The notes: a model not told the origin generated them from the letters alone. Numbered from the stretch's first letter, positions 24,858-36,639 are shown. The stretch: DNA of 64,000 nucleotides from Nemertoderma westbladi (GCA_032718475.1 JAUCBJ010003349.1:1-64000), one strand, 5' to 3'. Translations and numbers: made by a program.

Positions 24858-27800
24858 TCAAAGTCGGTCGGGTGGCTGACATACCCGCCTCGGGTATTTG
24901 GAAACTGAAAGTTTCTCAAATTGTTGAGTTTCGATGAGGGGTTCACGCCAGAGTACGAGTTTGGGGGCTGTGGGTGTCACGTCCGGGGTTGGTAGGCCCG
25001 TGGGTGTCTCCTGGTGGGCGGTGTCCGGAATAAGTAGGCGTCGGTTCCGGATGAGTGTGCGTCCGGAAGGCATCCGGACAGTATACTTCCGGTGTTTACC
25101 GGACTCAACGATGGTGCCGGTGCGCTCCCACCGTTTATTGGTCGGGTGTTGAACCCGGACCCTGGTGCCCACCGCGAGTGGTTCCAGGGCCTTCGCTCCG
25201 CGGTTATATTGGGCGGTCCTTGTTGATTTTAATGCCGGCGCCACTCGGTCTAGCTCCGTCCGGGTCTCCTGGAGTGTCCGAGCGAAGGCGCTGTGGTGGG
25301 CCGGAACGCGCGATCTCATAGGATGGCCGAACACGATGTCCGCTGGGGAGAAGCCGCTCTCCCTGGGGCTGTTTCGGAGTTCCAGGAGCCCCTCCTGAAA
25401 CGCGGCGGAGGTCGTTGACCCCCCAGTCTTCTCCAGTAGGCGCTTGAGGGCCTTCACTGCTGATTCAGCGTGCCCGTTACTCTGGGGGTATTCTGGCGAC
25501 GATGTGACCGGTGTGACCCCCCAGTCTTTTAGGAAGCTGGTCAGCTCTGTTGCTGTGAACTGGGTTCCGCCGTCCGACCGGAAACGGGTTGGTACCCCGT
25601 AGCGGACGAACCAGTCACGCAGGGCGGTGGTTGTCCGGGCAGCGGTGGGTGGGGCGGAGAAACTGTAGATTTCCGGCCATCCGGAATATCTGTCTGCGGT
25701 GGCGAGGAAATGTTTCCCGTCGAGTGAGAAGAAATCTCCCGAGATATCTTCAAACGGGCGAGTTGGTGGGGGCTCCGTCAGAAATGGTTCCTTGGTCTGA
25801 CTTGACCGACAGGCCAGACACACGCTGCAGGCGCCCACGGACGTCCGGATGTCGTTGGTGATGCCCGGCCAGTATACACACTGCCGGGCGCGACGTAGCG
25901 TTTTTTCCACCCCCTGGTGTGCCGCGTGTAGGCGTGCGAGGGTGGATTTCCGGGACCCTGTGGGGACCACAATACGGTGGCCGAATAAGGCCAGGTCCCC
26001 GTCCGTAGTTAACTGGTCCCGGGCGGACCAGTATATGTTGACAGCCGGTTCCTTCCGGCCGGATTCCGGGAAGCCCGACTCAATGGCCGCGAGTAGGGCT
26101 TTATAGTCCGGGTCGTCCCGAGCCACTCGGGCGAGTTCCTCGAGGACGGGATCCGCGAGGTGGGCGGAGTCGGAGCCGGTTATGTCGGCGGCGGACTGGC
26201 GGGTGACTGCCCTGATGTAGGTCGCCATGTCCCCATCGTCGACGATGTCATCGGGTGTGGGGTCATTGACCGGGGCGCGGGACAACGCATCGGCGATGGC
26301 GTGGTCCTTCCCCTTGGTCCACGTGGTGGTAAACTGGTACGGGGCCAGTTTAGTCTTGAGGCGTTGGAGGCGGGTGTTGTCTGTCGCGTCCACCATATAC
26401 TTGTCAATGATTGTGACGAGCGGTTGGTGGTCGACAATCAAGTTGAAGTGGGGGAGGCCGAGAAGATACAGCCGGCACTTCTGGACGGCCCATACGACGG
26501 CGAGGAGCTCGAGTTCCACCATGGCGTACCTGGACTCCGTGTCGGTGGTGAACCTCGAGCCGCACTCGATCAGCCTCCAATCCTCCCCGTACCGCTGGAG
26601 GAGGGCGTATCCGAGGCCCTTCAGCCGGGAGGCGTCGGTAACGAGGCGGGTCTCCCGGGTCGTGTCGAACGGGGCGAGGGTCGGTGGGGTTGTGAGCGCC
26701 AGTTTAGTGGCCTCGAAGGCCCGTTCGTGGTCCCCCGTCCAGGTGAAGGTCGCCTTCGTACTGAGGAGGGGGCGGAGCGGAGATATGGCGGCGGCGATGT
26801 TGCCGGAGAACGGAGCGAGTTGCTCCACGAGTCCCACGAAGCTGCGGAGGTCAGTGATGTTCCCTGGGCGGGGGAAGGCGGCGATCGCCTTCAGTTTCTC
26901 CGGGTCGGCCTTGATACCGGAGGCGCCGACGAGGTACCCAGCGAACCGAACCTCGGCCTGGGCGAACTGCACCTTCCCAGGGTGCAGCGTAATGCCGTGG
27001 GTCCGGCACCGCTCCATGAACCGGCCGACGTTGGCCAGGTGCTCCTCCATGGTGTCGTTGTAGAGGAGCACGTCGTCTACAACCTTGATGAGGTTGGGGA
27101 GTCCCTGGAGTGCGTCGTCGCCCCGCCGGTTAAACTCATCTCCGGACGAGATGAGCCCCATGACGCTGCGGGTGTGACGGTACCGGCCCCAGGGAGTCGC
27201 GAAGGTTGTGAGGAGTTGTGACTCCTCGTCCAGGGGAACCTGCCAGTAGCCACTGGCGGCGTCAAACACCGAGAAAACCTGGGCGGTGGAAGAAACTCCG
27301 GCCACCGCCGACCGTGGACTCGGGGTGGGATAGTAGGGACGTCGCACCTGCGAGTTTAAGTGGCGGAGGTCGACGCAAAGTCGCAGTTTACCCCCCGGTT
27401 TTCTCGCCACTGTCATCGGGTGGGCCCAGTCTGTTGGCTCGTCGACCCGGGCGATGACTTCCCTCCGTTCCAGGTTGTCGAGGAGACCCTTTACCTCGTC
27501 CCGCATCGCGAACGGGATGGGTCGCGCGCCGTTGACGTGGAACGGCGTCGCCCCGTCTTTCAGCAGGATGTGCATGGGCGGGCCGTGCATCATCGGGAGC
27601 GGGGCGGAGTCGTCGTCGAAGACGTCGTCGAACTCGCGGAGGTAGTCGTCCCGGGAGCGGGTCGCCGGGGATGGAGCGACGGAGGCGACGGTTCCTCGGC
27701 TGCGGAGGGGAGCCGGGAAGTTCCGCGGGAGGATGTCGAGGTCCTGGATGGTCCTCTTGGAGAGGATTAAACCGTCGGACTCCGGGGAGATAACCAGTTC

Positions 27801-29273
27801 GGTGATCGCCTTCGCCCCGAAGTATTCGAGCTCCACCGGGAACCGCCCCACGGCCGCCATGGGGAGCCGGTTCGCCGCCTCGAACTTGTCGTCTTCCCGT
27901 AGCGGGAGGAGGTCGGCATGGCGACCCCCGAGTTGAAGGAAGAGTTTCTCGTTGAGGACAGAGGCAGCCGCTCCGCTATCCGGGAGGGAGTGGCGGGCCC
28001 GTCCCATAAACCGGTTGGTCCTCGAGTTTGTTACATCGACAGAGATGTAGTTTAGGTCGCAGCTGGTCCGGTCTTTGTCCGAGCTGTGGACGCTCCGTTG
28101 TCGGAAGATCGTCGAAACCTTCGACGATTTGGGTGCGGGTTTGGACCGGCACACCGACTTGAAGTGCCCCGTCTTGCCGCAGGCGTGGCACGTGATACCC
28201 TTGGCGGGGCAGTCCTTCCCCTTGTCGTGGTTTCGCCCACAGTTGCCGCAACTGTTGGATGCATTGGTTCGACGGGAAGGGTCGGGGGACGAGTAGCGAG
28301 AACCCGCCGGGGTGCGGGAGGCCGCCGGGGTTCGGGAAACCGAACGTTCGCGTTTGTAGGAGGAGAGTTTGTGGATCGGTTTCCCGCTCGCCAGAATGGA
28401 GTCGTTCCTCTCGCTGGCCTCCACACTCTGCGCGATCCGCACGCAGTCCTCGAGGGTTGGCTGCGGGAGCACCTTGAGCAGCTCGGTGCGGGTCTCCGAG
28501 CACCGCACACCCACGAGGATTTGGGTAACGATCTGCCGGTCCCGGCAGTGGCCGCAGAGTTCGGCGGTGTCCGCGAGGTCCTCCAGGGCCACCCTGAAGG
28601 AGTCGAACCCCTCGTTCCCACCTTGGCGGCGCTCGTGAAACTTGATGGCGTCGATCGCGATGCTCCGTTTGGAGCGGAGGTGGGCCTGGAGAGCGTCGAG
28701 GATCGTCTCCGGGGTCGTCTCGTCCGAGTCGATGTCAACCTGGAGGGTGACGCGGATGGTCTCCTGGAGGTCGCTGCCCAGGGCGGCGACGAGAGCGTAA
28801 ACCTGCTCCGCCCTGGGGAACGTGGCGACCTGCTGCCGGTGGGCGTGGACCCTCCACGCCTGTCTCCACCGGCGGAACGAGGAGAAGTCGACGTCCGCGT
28901 CGATCTTCTCCATGGCGGAGATGTCGATAACCCGGCGTCGTGGAGCTGGGTTCGTAGCGGCTCCCGCGTATGTGGGTTGGGTCGCCGGCGGTCCCGGTGC
29001 GGCGGCCGCCGCCACGCCGGGTTGTAAAGCCGCGAGGAGTTGAGCGATGCGGTCGTCCGCGGCCGCCTGGCGACGGTTGGCATCTTCCTGCTGTTGCGCC
29101 AGCAGCTGAGCCATAGCAGTCTGTTGTTGGGCGAGAATACGCGCGAGGTCGTCCATCCGGATAGGAGTGTGACTGCCGCCTCGGGCTTCTATAGTTTCGT
29201 CGCCGTCGCTGCTACTGCTGTCCGCCGTGGGCGGTGACGTGGGTTTTTGCTTCCCTTTAGATTTAGGCGGCAT
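24858..29273 (-). CDS. gag-pol: Gag-Pol polyprotein, 1471 aa, intact (Gag with 2 zinc knuckles, PR, RT, RNase H, integrase)
   Basis: Motifs CGNCGRNH..C / CHACGKTGHFKSVC, LPDSGAAAS, LRLCVDLRHLN, VVDDVLL, VTDASR..GLGYALLQ, ELELLAV, DHQPL, ADALSR, HAAHQG..YWPGI..CSVC, RSDGGTQF and PQSNGHAES. Confidence 0.97.
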   Translation of the reverse strand: MPPKSKGKQKPTSPPTADSSSSDGDETIEARGGSHTPIRMDDLARILAQQQTAMAQLLAQQQEDANRRQAAADDRIAQLLAALQPGVAAAAAPGPPATQPTYAGAATNPAPRRRVIDISAMEKIDADVDFSSFRRWRQAWRVHAHRQQVATFPRAEQVYALVAALGSDLQETIRVTLQVDIDSDETTPETILDALQAHLRSKRSIAIDAIKFHERRQGGNEGFDSFRVALEDLADTAELCGHCRDRQIVTQILVGVRCSETRTELLKVLPQPTLEDCVRIAQSVEASERNDSILASGKPIHKLSSYKRERSVSRTPAASRTPAGSRYSSPDPSRRTNASNSCGNCGRNHDKGKDCPAKGITCHACGKTGHFKSVCRSKPAPKSSKVSTIFRQRSVHSSDKDRTSCDLNYISVDVTNSRTNRFMGRARHSLPDSGAAASVLNEKLFLQLGGRHADLLPLREDDKFEAANRLPMAAVGRFPVELEYFGAKAITELVISPESDGLILSKRTIQDLDILPRNFPAPLRSRGTVASVAPSPATRSRDDYLREFDDVFDDDSAPLPMMHGPPMHILLKDGATPFHVNGARPIPFAMRDEVKGLLDNLERREVIARVDEPTDWAHPMTVARKPGGKLRLCVDLRHLNSQVRRPYYPTPSPRSAVAGVSSTAQVFSVFDAASGYWQVPLDEESQLLTTFATPWGRYRHTRSVMGLISSGDEFNRRGDDALQGLPNLIKVVDDVLLYNDTMEEHLANVGRFMERCRTHGITLHPGKVQFAQAEVRFAGYLVGASGIKADPEKLKAIAAFPRPGNITDLRSFVGLVEQLAPFSGNIAAAISPLRPLLSTKATFTWTGDHERAFEATKLALTTPPTLAPFDTTRETRLVTDASRLKGLGYALLQRYGEDWRLIECGSRFTTDTESRYAMVELELLAVVWAVQKCRLYLLGLPHFNLIVDHQPLVTIIDKYMVDATDNTRLQRLKTKLAPYQFTTTWTKGKDHAIADALSRAPVNDPTPDDIVDDGDMATYIRAVTRQSAADITGSDSAHLADPVLEELARVARDDPDYKALLAAIESGFPESGRKEPAVNIYWSARDQLTTDGDLALFGHRIVVPTGSRKSTLARLHAAHQGVEKTLRRARQCVYWPGITNDIRTSVGACSVCLACRSSQTKEPFLTEPPPTRPFEDISGDFFSLDGKHFLATADRYSGWPEIYSFSAPPTAARTTTALRDWFVRYGVPTRFRSDGGTQFTATELTSFLKDWGVTPVTSSPEYPQSNGHAESAVKALKRLLEKTGGSTTSAAFQEGLLELRNSPRESGFSPADIVFGHPMRSRVPAHHSAFARTLQETRTELDRVAPALKSTRTAQYNRGAKALEPLAVGTRVRVQHPTNKRWERTGTIVESGKHRKYTVRMPSGRTLIRNRRLLIPDTAHQETPTGLPTPDVTPTAPKLVLWREPLIETQQFEKLSVSKYPRRVCQPPDRL

Positions 29274-29371
29274 GGGCCCAAATTATCAAATACGTAGGAA
29301 ACAAATTAGTAGTGTTGGAGATCCCGTAGAGGTTTCTCCCTGTCACAGGTGACGGTAAACTCACTGCGCCA

Positions 29372-29681
29372 TGTATGTGGGGGAATCTACTCTCGGTCCC
29401 GCATACCTGTTAACGGGACGCCGTGCAGGCAATGTTGTAAAGTCGAAACATGTAATGCCGGAGCAGATAAGTATAATAATATATAATGTATATATCGAAT
29501 AAAGGTAGCCTACTGGGCTACACGGATCTAGGTCCAAACATAGTACTGCTGTACCGGTAGATAGGACAGTCGGTACTGATATCCTAAGTATCTACAGATG
29601 ACAGACACAGTCAGACTCTCGGTCGTCATCAAAGTGAAAGTATATAGTGCCGGTACTGGTACCATAGTCGCTATTGCCACA
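29372..29681 (-). repeat. Gypsy 5' LTR
   Basis: Direct repeat of 24479-24789, followed on the minus strand by the PBS. Confidence 0.95.
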
Positions 29682-29984
29682 TAAGGCCAATTATTGTATG
29701 TTTTTAAATAAACCAAATGAAATAGCCGAAAATAATGAATCCTATTCCAGCAACCAGAACTCCTATCGCAACTAAAAATATCCGGCTTTTATTGATTAAT
29801 AAATAATATTTATTAAACAATAAATAAAATAATGAATTATTTTGATATAATTTAATTAATGTAATAATAAGTAATTGTTTATAATATGTATCTATTATCT
29901 ATTCGATTTCACATATATATCTTGGGGTGTCGACATTGAAAGTACCAGTATAATCTTGTATTTTTCCCTTTTAATCTGTGTATT

Positions 29985-30212
29985 CTGATTGACAAGATAA
30001 AAATGGACCTTATACAAACAGTGGGCTAATTACCCAGGAATATTTGTCATTATCACAAGATGTATGTTACAAGTTGCCTAGATAATATGGTTAGATAAAA
30101 TCACAAGATAAGTTTACTGATTTAACAAAATATATTTCTGCACAGGTTTGACAAGATTTTCTTGTCAAACTGCACCTTTTTTTTGCATTTTCACTATGTA
30201 ATTTTTAGAGTG
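29985..30212. mobile_element. Probable right end of a CMC/EnSpm (CACTA-type) DNA transposon
   Basis: Ends ATTTTTAGAGTG (reverse complement CACTCTAAAAAT), preceded by several ACAAGAT subterminal repeats. The matching left end was not found. Confidence 0.5.
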
Positions 30213-30757
30213 AAACGAAAACTGCACTTGCTGGGATCAAACCCACCACGACCACCGGATAAATGTGAATTCAAGACCACGGATTTAAACTAGGCAGGGG
30301 GGGAAACTGAACGCAAAACCCGCCTTGGCGAATTAATATCCCGCCTCAATGTTAAATTCTCAATTTAGGGAAAGGAGCAGGTTACAGTGGCATGTTATTT
30401 TAACCAAAACAATTAACTAAACACATTAGAACAGGTTACAGTTTTATTTTTGATAGTAATCAATTGTTATTTGCGTCCAATTTCCCCTGGGGAGGGATGA
30501 ATTTTTATTGCGTCCAGTCATATTTATATTTATCCAATAATGACATCTGAAGCATTTATGAAACCCGCATCGGATTGAAATTAAGGTTAAATATGTTATA
30601 TATATTAATTGATTAGTAACACAAATGAGATTTATCCAATAATATCAATACCAAAGGAAACATAACATAATTTAATTAACGAAATAACGAAATTTAATTA
30701 TACTAATTGTATGTCCTTAACTCCGCAAAATTTCTTAGATTAGTTCCTGATCACTTA

Positions 30758-31752
30758 TAGGCGAGTCAATCTAGCCGAAAAAGGGGGTCAACCCATAACA
30801 AATTCGCAATTCATCCAAACCAATTTTTTTTATTCTACATTACCTTGTTAATACCCCCAAAAAAGTCTATAAAAATATATTATGCGGATCACCTTCAATT
30901 TCCTGTTTCTTTCCTTAGCAACATGGATTTTACATAGCAACAAGGGGTCTATTGGTGGGATTTTCTCCAAATTTGGTACAGACAAACTTTACTCTAATGA
31001 CTATCGATTGACAGAAGTATGCACTTCTATATAGTTACCAATTTAGTTTCCAGAGCAACGGAAATTTGTCTAATAATTTAACCATTTTTAATACCAATTT
31101 TGCTGGTACAATATAAGGACCTTATTTACACAACTTCTCTACTAAACGGGTGGATGTAACCTCGCCCATCGGATTTATCGACCTCAAAAACCCTTATCCC
31201 CAAAAAATTTATTTGTTATATGATAAACTATTGTGGTTTTCAAACTAAAACAAATAAATAAATTACACCTAAAATCAATAGAGCAATCACAATTTAATTA
31301 TGTGAAAAATCTTCACTAACATTAATGGAAATTATGAAATTTCCTTGCAGTGGAATTGTATAATTTTTTTACAACAGTTATCCTTAATATATCGTGAAAT
31401 TTTTGATATATTTAAAAATTTGATGCGACTTCTAGTTTCCGAGATATAGCAATTAATGTGTAACACGCCAGTGTAAATATTACTAATTTCCCATTGAATC
31501 ACAGCTTATTGTGAAATTAATTAAATTATTCTGGAACATCACCAATTTGCTACTTACTTTTCCCTACTGTTCCTTTTGTTTGGCTTGTGTTATGCAAATT
31601 TACGCAGAATTTCCATGAATAAACATATGATCCGCAAAATAAAATTTTATAGACTTTTTTTTGGTCATTAATAAGGTAATATAGAATCCAAAATGTGTGG
31701 TTCGGATTGATTGCGAAATACTTATGGGTTTTTTGCTAGATTGACTCGACTA
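30758..31752. mobile_element. ~1-kb MITE with ~130-bp imperfect TIRs and a TTA TSD (PIF/Harbinger-like)
   Basis: TAGGCGAGTCAATCTAGC…GCTAGATTGACTCGACTA, with TTA at 30755-30757 and 31753-31755. Confidence 0.8.
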
Positions 31753-31949
31753 TTAGAGTCAGTTCTAATTTGGAATTATTTAATTAATTAGAATTAATTA
31801 TTTAGATAATTAAGTGAAGGCCTATAATTTGGTTATACTGTACTACTACAGTTCTAGGTCGTTTGCCTATAATTTGGTTATACTGTACTACTACAGTACT
31901 AGGTCGTTCGCCTATAATTGGGTTATACTGTACAACTACAGTACTAGGT

Positions 31950-32117
31950 ACCTTTTGAGTAACAGACTAAGTAACTAACTACCCTAACTGAGTACCAGTT
32001 AAATAACTGGGAGCAAAACTTGAGATAGGTGTAGCGCCCACCCCTACCCTCGGGTAGCAGCTATCGAAAGAGGAGCCTTCGGGTCGCCTCCGGCTTCGGC
32101 CGACTGTTTGCTTTTTT
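31950..32117 (+). mobile_element. 5'-truncated SINE-like retroposon (3' tail region)
   Basis: GTAGCGCCCACCCCTAC…GCTATCGAAAGAGGAGCCTTCGGGTCGCC resembles the 3' tail of widespread invertebrate tRNA-SINEs. It ends in a T-rich tail and is flanked by duplicated ACAGTACTAGGT. Confidence 0.6.
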
Positions 32118-32142
32118 ACAGTACTAGGTCGTTCGCCTTTAA

Positions 32143-32889
32143 GGGGGGGGGGGGGGGGGGGGGGGGTACACCATTTTGTTCCAAAATATGTCGAAATTTT
32201 TTTATGGTCTATTATAATTATAATATAATTATAATGGTGTTTCCAAATCTGAAAACCGCTATTTAATAGCTCTTTTAGTTTTCAAGTTATGTAAATTTCC
32301 ATTTAGGGATTCCTATTGAAATTACTATTACTATGTATAATGAAAGGTCGATTAACTCAAAATATTTTTTTCATGAAATTGTCAACTTCAAAGCCCTACT
32401 ACTTCTACAATTTTTGAGTAATTAAGTCTGAAACTCTCTGTGGGTGTCTAGATAGCCATCCTGCATAAAAGTATCAGACAACTTTTCTAAATTTTTTGTT
32501 AATAAAATTTAATACTATTTATAAAAAACCTAAAAATTAGCATAAATTTGCAGCGCCACCTAGCGGTGCAGAATTATTTTAACAAAATTTCGCCTGATAG
32601 TTATGTTGCCCCATCTTTGATCTATCATATAAAAAAACTTTCATGTGATTAGGTTCAAAACTGTAAAAGCCTTAGGGTTTTAAGCGCAACCAAGTTTTTT
32701 TTATTGTTAACTAGTATTAACTAATATTAAATAGCGAAAGAAAAAATTTTCTCACCTGTAATGTAGAGTAGCATCTTAGGCACCTATATGACAAATTTTA
32801 ACCAAAACCAAACAATTCTGAAACGCATAGAGTGATAAATCGAAGAGTTGTCCGAAAATTGTGTACCCCCCCCCCCCCCCCCCCCCCCC
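32143..32889. mobile_element. Non-autonomous TIR element with a TTAA TSD and G-run termini (Kolobok-like)
   Basis: TTAA|G(n)TACAC…GTGTAC(n)|TTAA, with the TSD at 32139-32142 and 32890-32893. Confidence 0.8.
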
Positions 32890-33065
32890 TTAATTGGGTT
32901 ACTGTACTACTACAGTACTAGGTCGTTTGCCTATAATAGGGTTATACTGTACTACAGTACTACGTTGTTCGCCTATAATTGGCTTATACTGTACTACTAC
33001 AGTAGGTCGTCGTTCGCCTATAATTGGGTTATACTGACTACTACAGTGCTACAGTAGGTCGTTCG

Positions 33066-33370
33066 ATTTCGGACAGTGGAAATGAGGATGCTTTCAATTT
33101 CAATGGGTAGGCCTCATGAAGTTGGTTGCCATAACCGTAGATCTGGTATGACCTCGTCTTTATTTTGCCAGCATTGCCCACTGAATCTTAATCTGCATTC
33201 ATGGAGGGTGGTTGATATAGGTGGTATTGTACCATAAATCTCGGTGTTTGTCTGTGTTGTCTCCCACTAACGGCTACCCTTTTAGTAGTATTGTGTAGCA
33301 ACCATCAATTCGTTGTTCAAGTGATTTCGTCAGTGTCCAGGTCACACGTACACCCCCGTATAAAAATACT
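33066..33370 (-). mobile_element. Decayed RTE LINE fragment, same family as 39460-42021
   Basis: Shares TGTGTAGCAACCATCAATTCGTTGTTCAAGTGATTT…CAGTGTCCAGGTC and GGACAGTGGAAATGAG with 39485-39750. Confidence 0.8.
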
Positions 33371-34599
33371 GTACTAATTAAACTCCAAACAATACCAGAG
33401 GATTTTTGGAATCCCGCTGGCTACTAGATTGACACTGGTTTTGCATAGGTACAGTAGATATAAGTCCTGTACAAACAAGGAGGGAAATTTTGGTAACAGC
33501 GCAAGGAGATGTTACAATTACCCTGTCTCATTTTGTGCAGTATTTATTTATACGGTACCCAACCAACTACATATGTATTTTATTTAGATTTATCATTTAT
33601 TAACTATAAATTTTACAGTATTACACCATGTCCTGGAATATAGTGTCGTTATTCAGGTACCTGCCCCCCCCCCCCCCCCCCCCAAATTTTTTACAAATCG
33701 TAATGAGATTGCATGAAATTTGAAATAGAGATAGTTTCACCTCCCTCCTCCTTGCTGGGTGAGCCAGAATTTTTATTTTCGCTTTCATTCTTTAGCTACA
33801 AGCGTTTGAAAAAGGTGTCTCCGTCGATATTGCACCAGTTACACCGCAGTTATTCTTCAAACATTTAGTGATTTGTTGGTACTAGTGGAAGGCTGACCGT
33901 GCAAGGCTTCCAAATATGTAAAAATATGTGAATTTGGTTGGGAAATTGCTGAGATATTGGCATTCGAATTTTGCATGTATTTGCTTCCACTGCAGGCCAT
34001 TTATTCTATTAAATTAATACACAATGTTCTAGAACATTTTGATTATGTATGAATATCCTACATATAAAATTATATAATATATAATATATATATATTAAAT
34101 ATATATAAATATAAATAAAATAAAATATAAATAATATATAAATATAAATAAAATATAAATATATATATATATTAAATAAAATTGCGTACAATGTCTTTGT
34201 GCAATTTTGTGTTGATTTCGCATTATTTATTCTAGATAAGTAAATCGATGGTAATTATTAATAAATAGTATGAATATCCTACTAGTAGGATTATTACACT
34301 AGTATTATCAAAAAAACCATACGAAATATACCATATTCTGGAAGTTGGTTAGACTTCCTGTTTCTGGAAGTTGGAAGACAGTTAACTTCTACAATTATAT
34401 CGAGAATATAATAATAAAATTAGTATTATCAGTATCATCTTGATACTAGCTATTCTGTATTACGCATTATAATAATATTAAACAATTTCTTTGATGATTC
34501 ATTTCAATAAGTAATTTCGACACTGAAGATGTTAGCTATTCATTTTGAAAAAAAAATTATATAATAAATATGGATTTGATATAAATCATATTTGTTTAA

Positions 34600-35313
34600 C
34601 CCTATCCATACCGGGGGGGGGGGACTTTTGGAGACGCACTTTATTTGATTGCTTGGTTCAAAGCCAAACCACATTTATTGCAAGTGAAATTCCGTTACTT
34701 TTCCTAAAATTTATTATTCTTTATCTTAAAACAAAAATTAATTTTCATATTATTATTTATGACCATGAAAATGACTCGTAAACTGACCTGTCTCTGAAAC
34801 TGTCATATTATTGCTGAACTATTGTAGGGGGAAATTTAAAATTCAATCAATTTGATATCAATTTAAAATCAATTTAAACATAATTATATTATTATTATTA
34901 TTATTACCTTTAATCCAGGCCTTAGCCCATAAAAACGAGTAAAACAAGCACACAACCAATCAAGCACAGAGTATGAGTAAGTAGGTCACTGAAATCATAC
35001 CTAAGAAAGAATACGTGATATTGAGTTAATACTACAAGTACGCGAGATCTCACGTAAAATAGAATTCCAAGTTGTGTCAATTCTACGCAATAAACTCACG
35101 CATTAAACGCAATAAAATTATAGTATATAAATATTATATTTGAGCATTAGTGTGTGGCATATTTGGATAGAGGAATAAATTTTGTATCTAAAACTTTTTA
35201 CTTTAAAGTAATATCATCACACCACACAAAGTTATATGCTTCCAAACTTTACGTCCCCAAAAGTCCCCCCCCCCGGTAGTTTGAGCGTCTAAAGTACCCC
35301 GGTATGGATAGGG
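34600..35313. mobile_element. piggyBac-like MITE A
   Basis: TTAA|CCCTATCCATACCGGGG…CCCCGGTATGGATAGGG|TTAA. Confidence 0.9.
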
Positions 35314-35317
35314 TTAA

Positions 35318-36639
35318 CCCTATATTAAACCCGGGGGGGGGGGGGGTCAATATGACCCCCCGTGGTTTTTTTATTATAATTCTGAAACAAACGCAGTTGG
35401 GAATCCGACATTTTATGACTTTTCCTAAAAATCTATTGTCTTCCTAGTAGTGAAAACCGTTTTCAAAAATATTGGGTACTTTTCGAGTTATAGCACCATT
35501 TTTCAACCCTACTTTTGGCACTTTTTTTGAGACGTTTTTTGAAAATTACATTTCATTAAATATGAATTGTAACATCTCTATTTATTATTCACACCGGTTT
35601 TTTGGTGTTAGAAATTTGATGGAATTCATATAAATTGATTTAGAAAATTTAAACTTGTTTTTTTCGGTGGGTGCCAAATTTTGGTGCCAGCACCAAATTT
35701 TGAAATAAGTCAATTTTGTAAATTGATCGTTTGAAACTTGTTTTTTACGCAATTGGGGTTTTTTGGGTTTCTGAATTCGATGAAATATATACGAGTTGCA
35801 CCAAGCGTATCAAACTTGTATTTTTCGGTGCTGTGTGCAAATTTTGGTGCTAGCACGAAATTTTGAAAATCGATTCAATAGATAAAATTGCTTGTGACAA
35901 CTTATTTCTTGCGTTTTAGAGGTTTATGGCTGTTCTGAATTCAATGGAAAATATAATTATCGAACTAGACATCTCAAACTTGTATTTTTCGGATGTGGGT
36001 GCAAAATGTGGTGCTAGCACCAAATTTTGAAAACCATCAAATATATCAATCGATTGTGTCACCTTGTTTCTTGCGTTATACGGGTTTGTGATGGTTCTGA
36101 ATTCAATGGAATCAGTAAAAATTTCATAAGAGTTCTCAAACTTGTATTTTTCGCCGGTGGGTGAAAATTGTTGTGCCAGCACCAAATTTTGGAAAATATG
36201 CAAATTGATAAGTAGATAGTATCACCTTGTTTCTTGTGTTATACGGGTTTATGAGGGTCCTGAATCCGATGGAATCAATAAAAACAGCACTGGACATCGC
36301 AAACTTGTACTTTTTGGTGATGGGTACAAAATTTGGTGCTAGCACCAAAATTTGCCAAAAAACGCCGAAAAATCAATTAGCCGAAAATGTAACTTTCAAA
36401 TTTGGTGAAAATTGTGCACTACTTGTAATTTTGGTGCTGCAATATAACAACCCCAGTACATTTTTTCGAAAATTTTTTTTTTCGGTCGGATCCAGACAAG
36501 TGATACCTACGTACAAACAAAAAATCAGACCTTTTTCGTAAATATTTGTAGATTTTAGAGGGGGGGGGGGGGGTCAATATGACCCCCCCCCCCCCCCCCC
36601 GGTATTTGTACAACATTTTATAGCCCGGTACTAATAGTG
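35318..36639. mobile_element. piggyBac-like MITE B with internal ~165-bp degenerate tandem repeats
   Basis: TTAA|CCCTATATTAAACCCGGG…CCCGGTACTAATAGTG|TTAA. Subterminal G(n)TCAATATGAC(n) palindromes at both ends. Repeated AAACTTGTATTTTT…GGTGCTAGCACCAAATTTT units. Confidence 0.8.

Larger units (their letters stand above)
24479..29681 (-). mobile_element. Full-length Ty3/Gypsy LTR retrotransposon (Mag-like)
   Basis: ~311-bp TG…CA LTRs at 24479-24789 and 29372-29681. 5-bp TSD TAAGG at 24474-24478 and 29682-29686. PBS TGGCGCAGTGAG at 29360-29371 and PPT GAAAGGGGG at 24790-24798. Confidence 0.97.
31818..33064. repeat. ~45-bp minisatellite (CGTTCGCCTATAATTGGGTTATACTGTACTACTACAGTACTAGGT) interrupted by two insertions
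   Basis: Units at 31818-31949, 32118-32142 and 32890-33064. Confidence 0.85.

Noticed and set aside
24934-29237. Many overlapping and antisense ORFs (up to 353 aa) within the Gypsy element
   Set aside because: These are shadow ORFs expected from a GC-rich coding sequence.
31990-32110. HDV-like ribozyme in the GC-rich hairpin segment
   Set aside because: I could not build the nested double pseudoknot by eye, and the segment is better explained as a SINE 3' tail.
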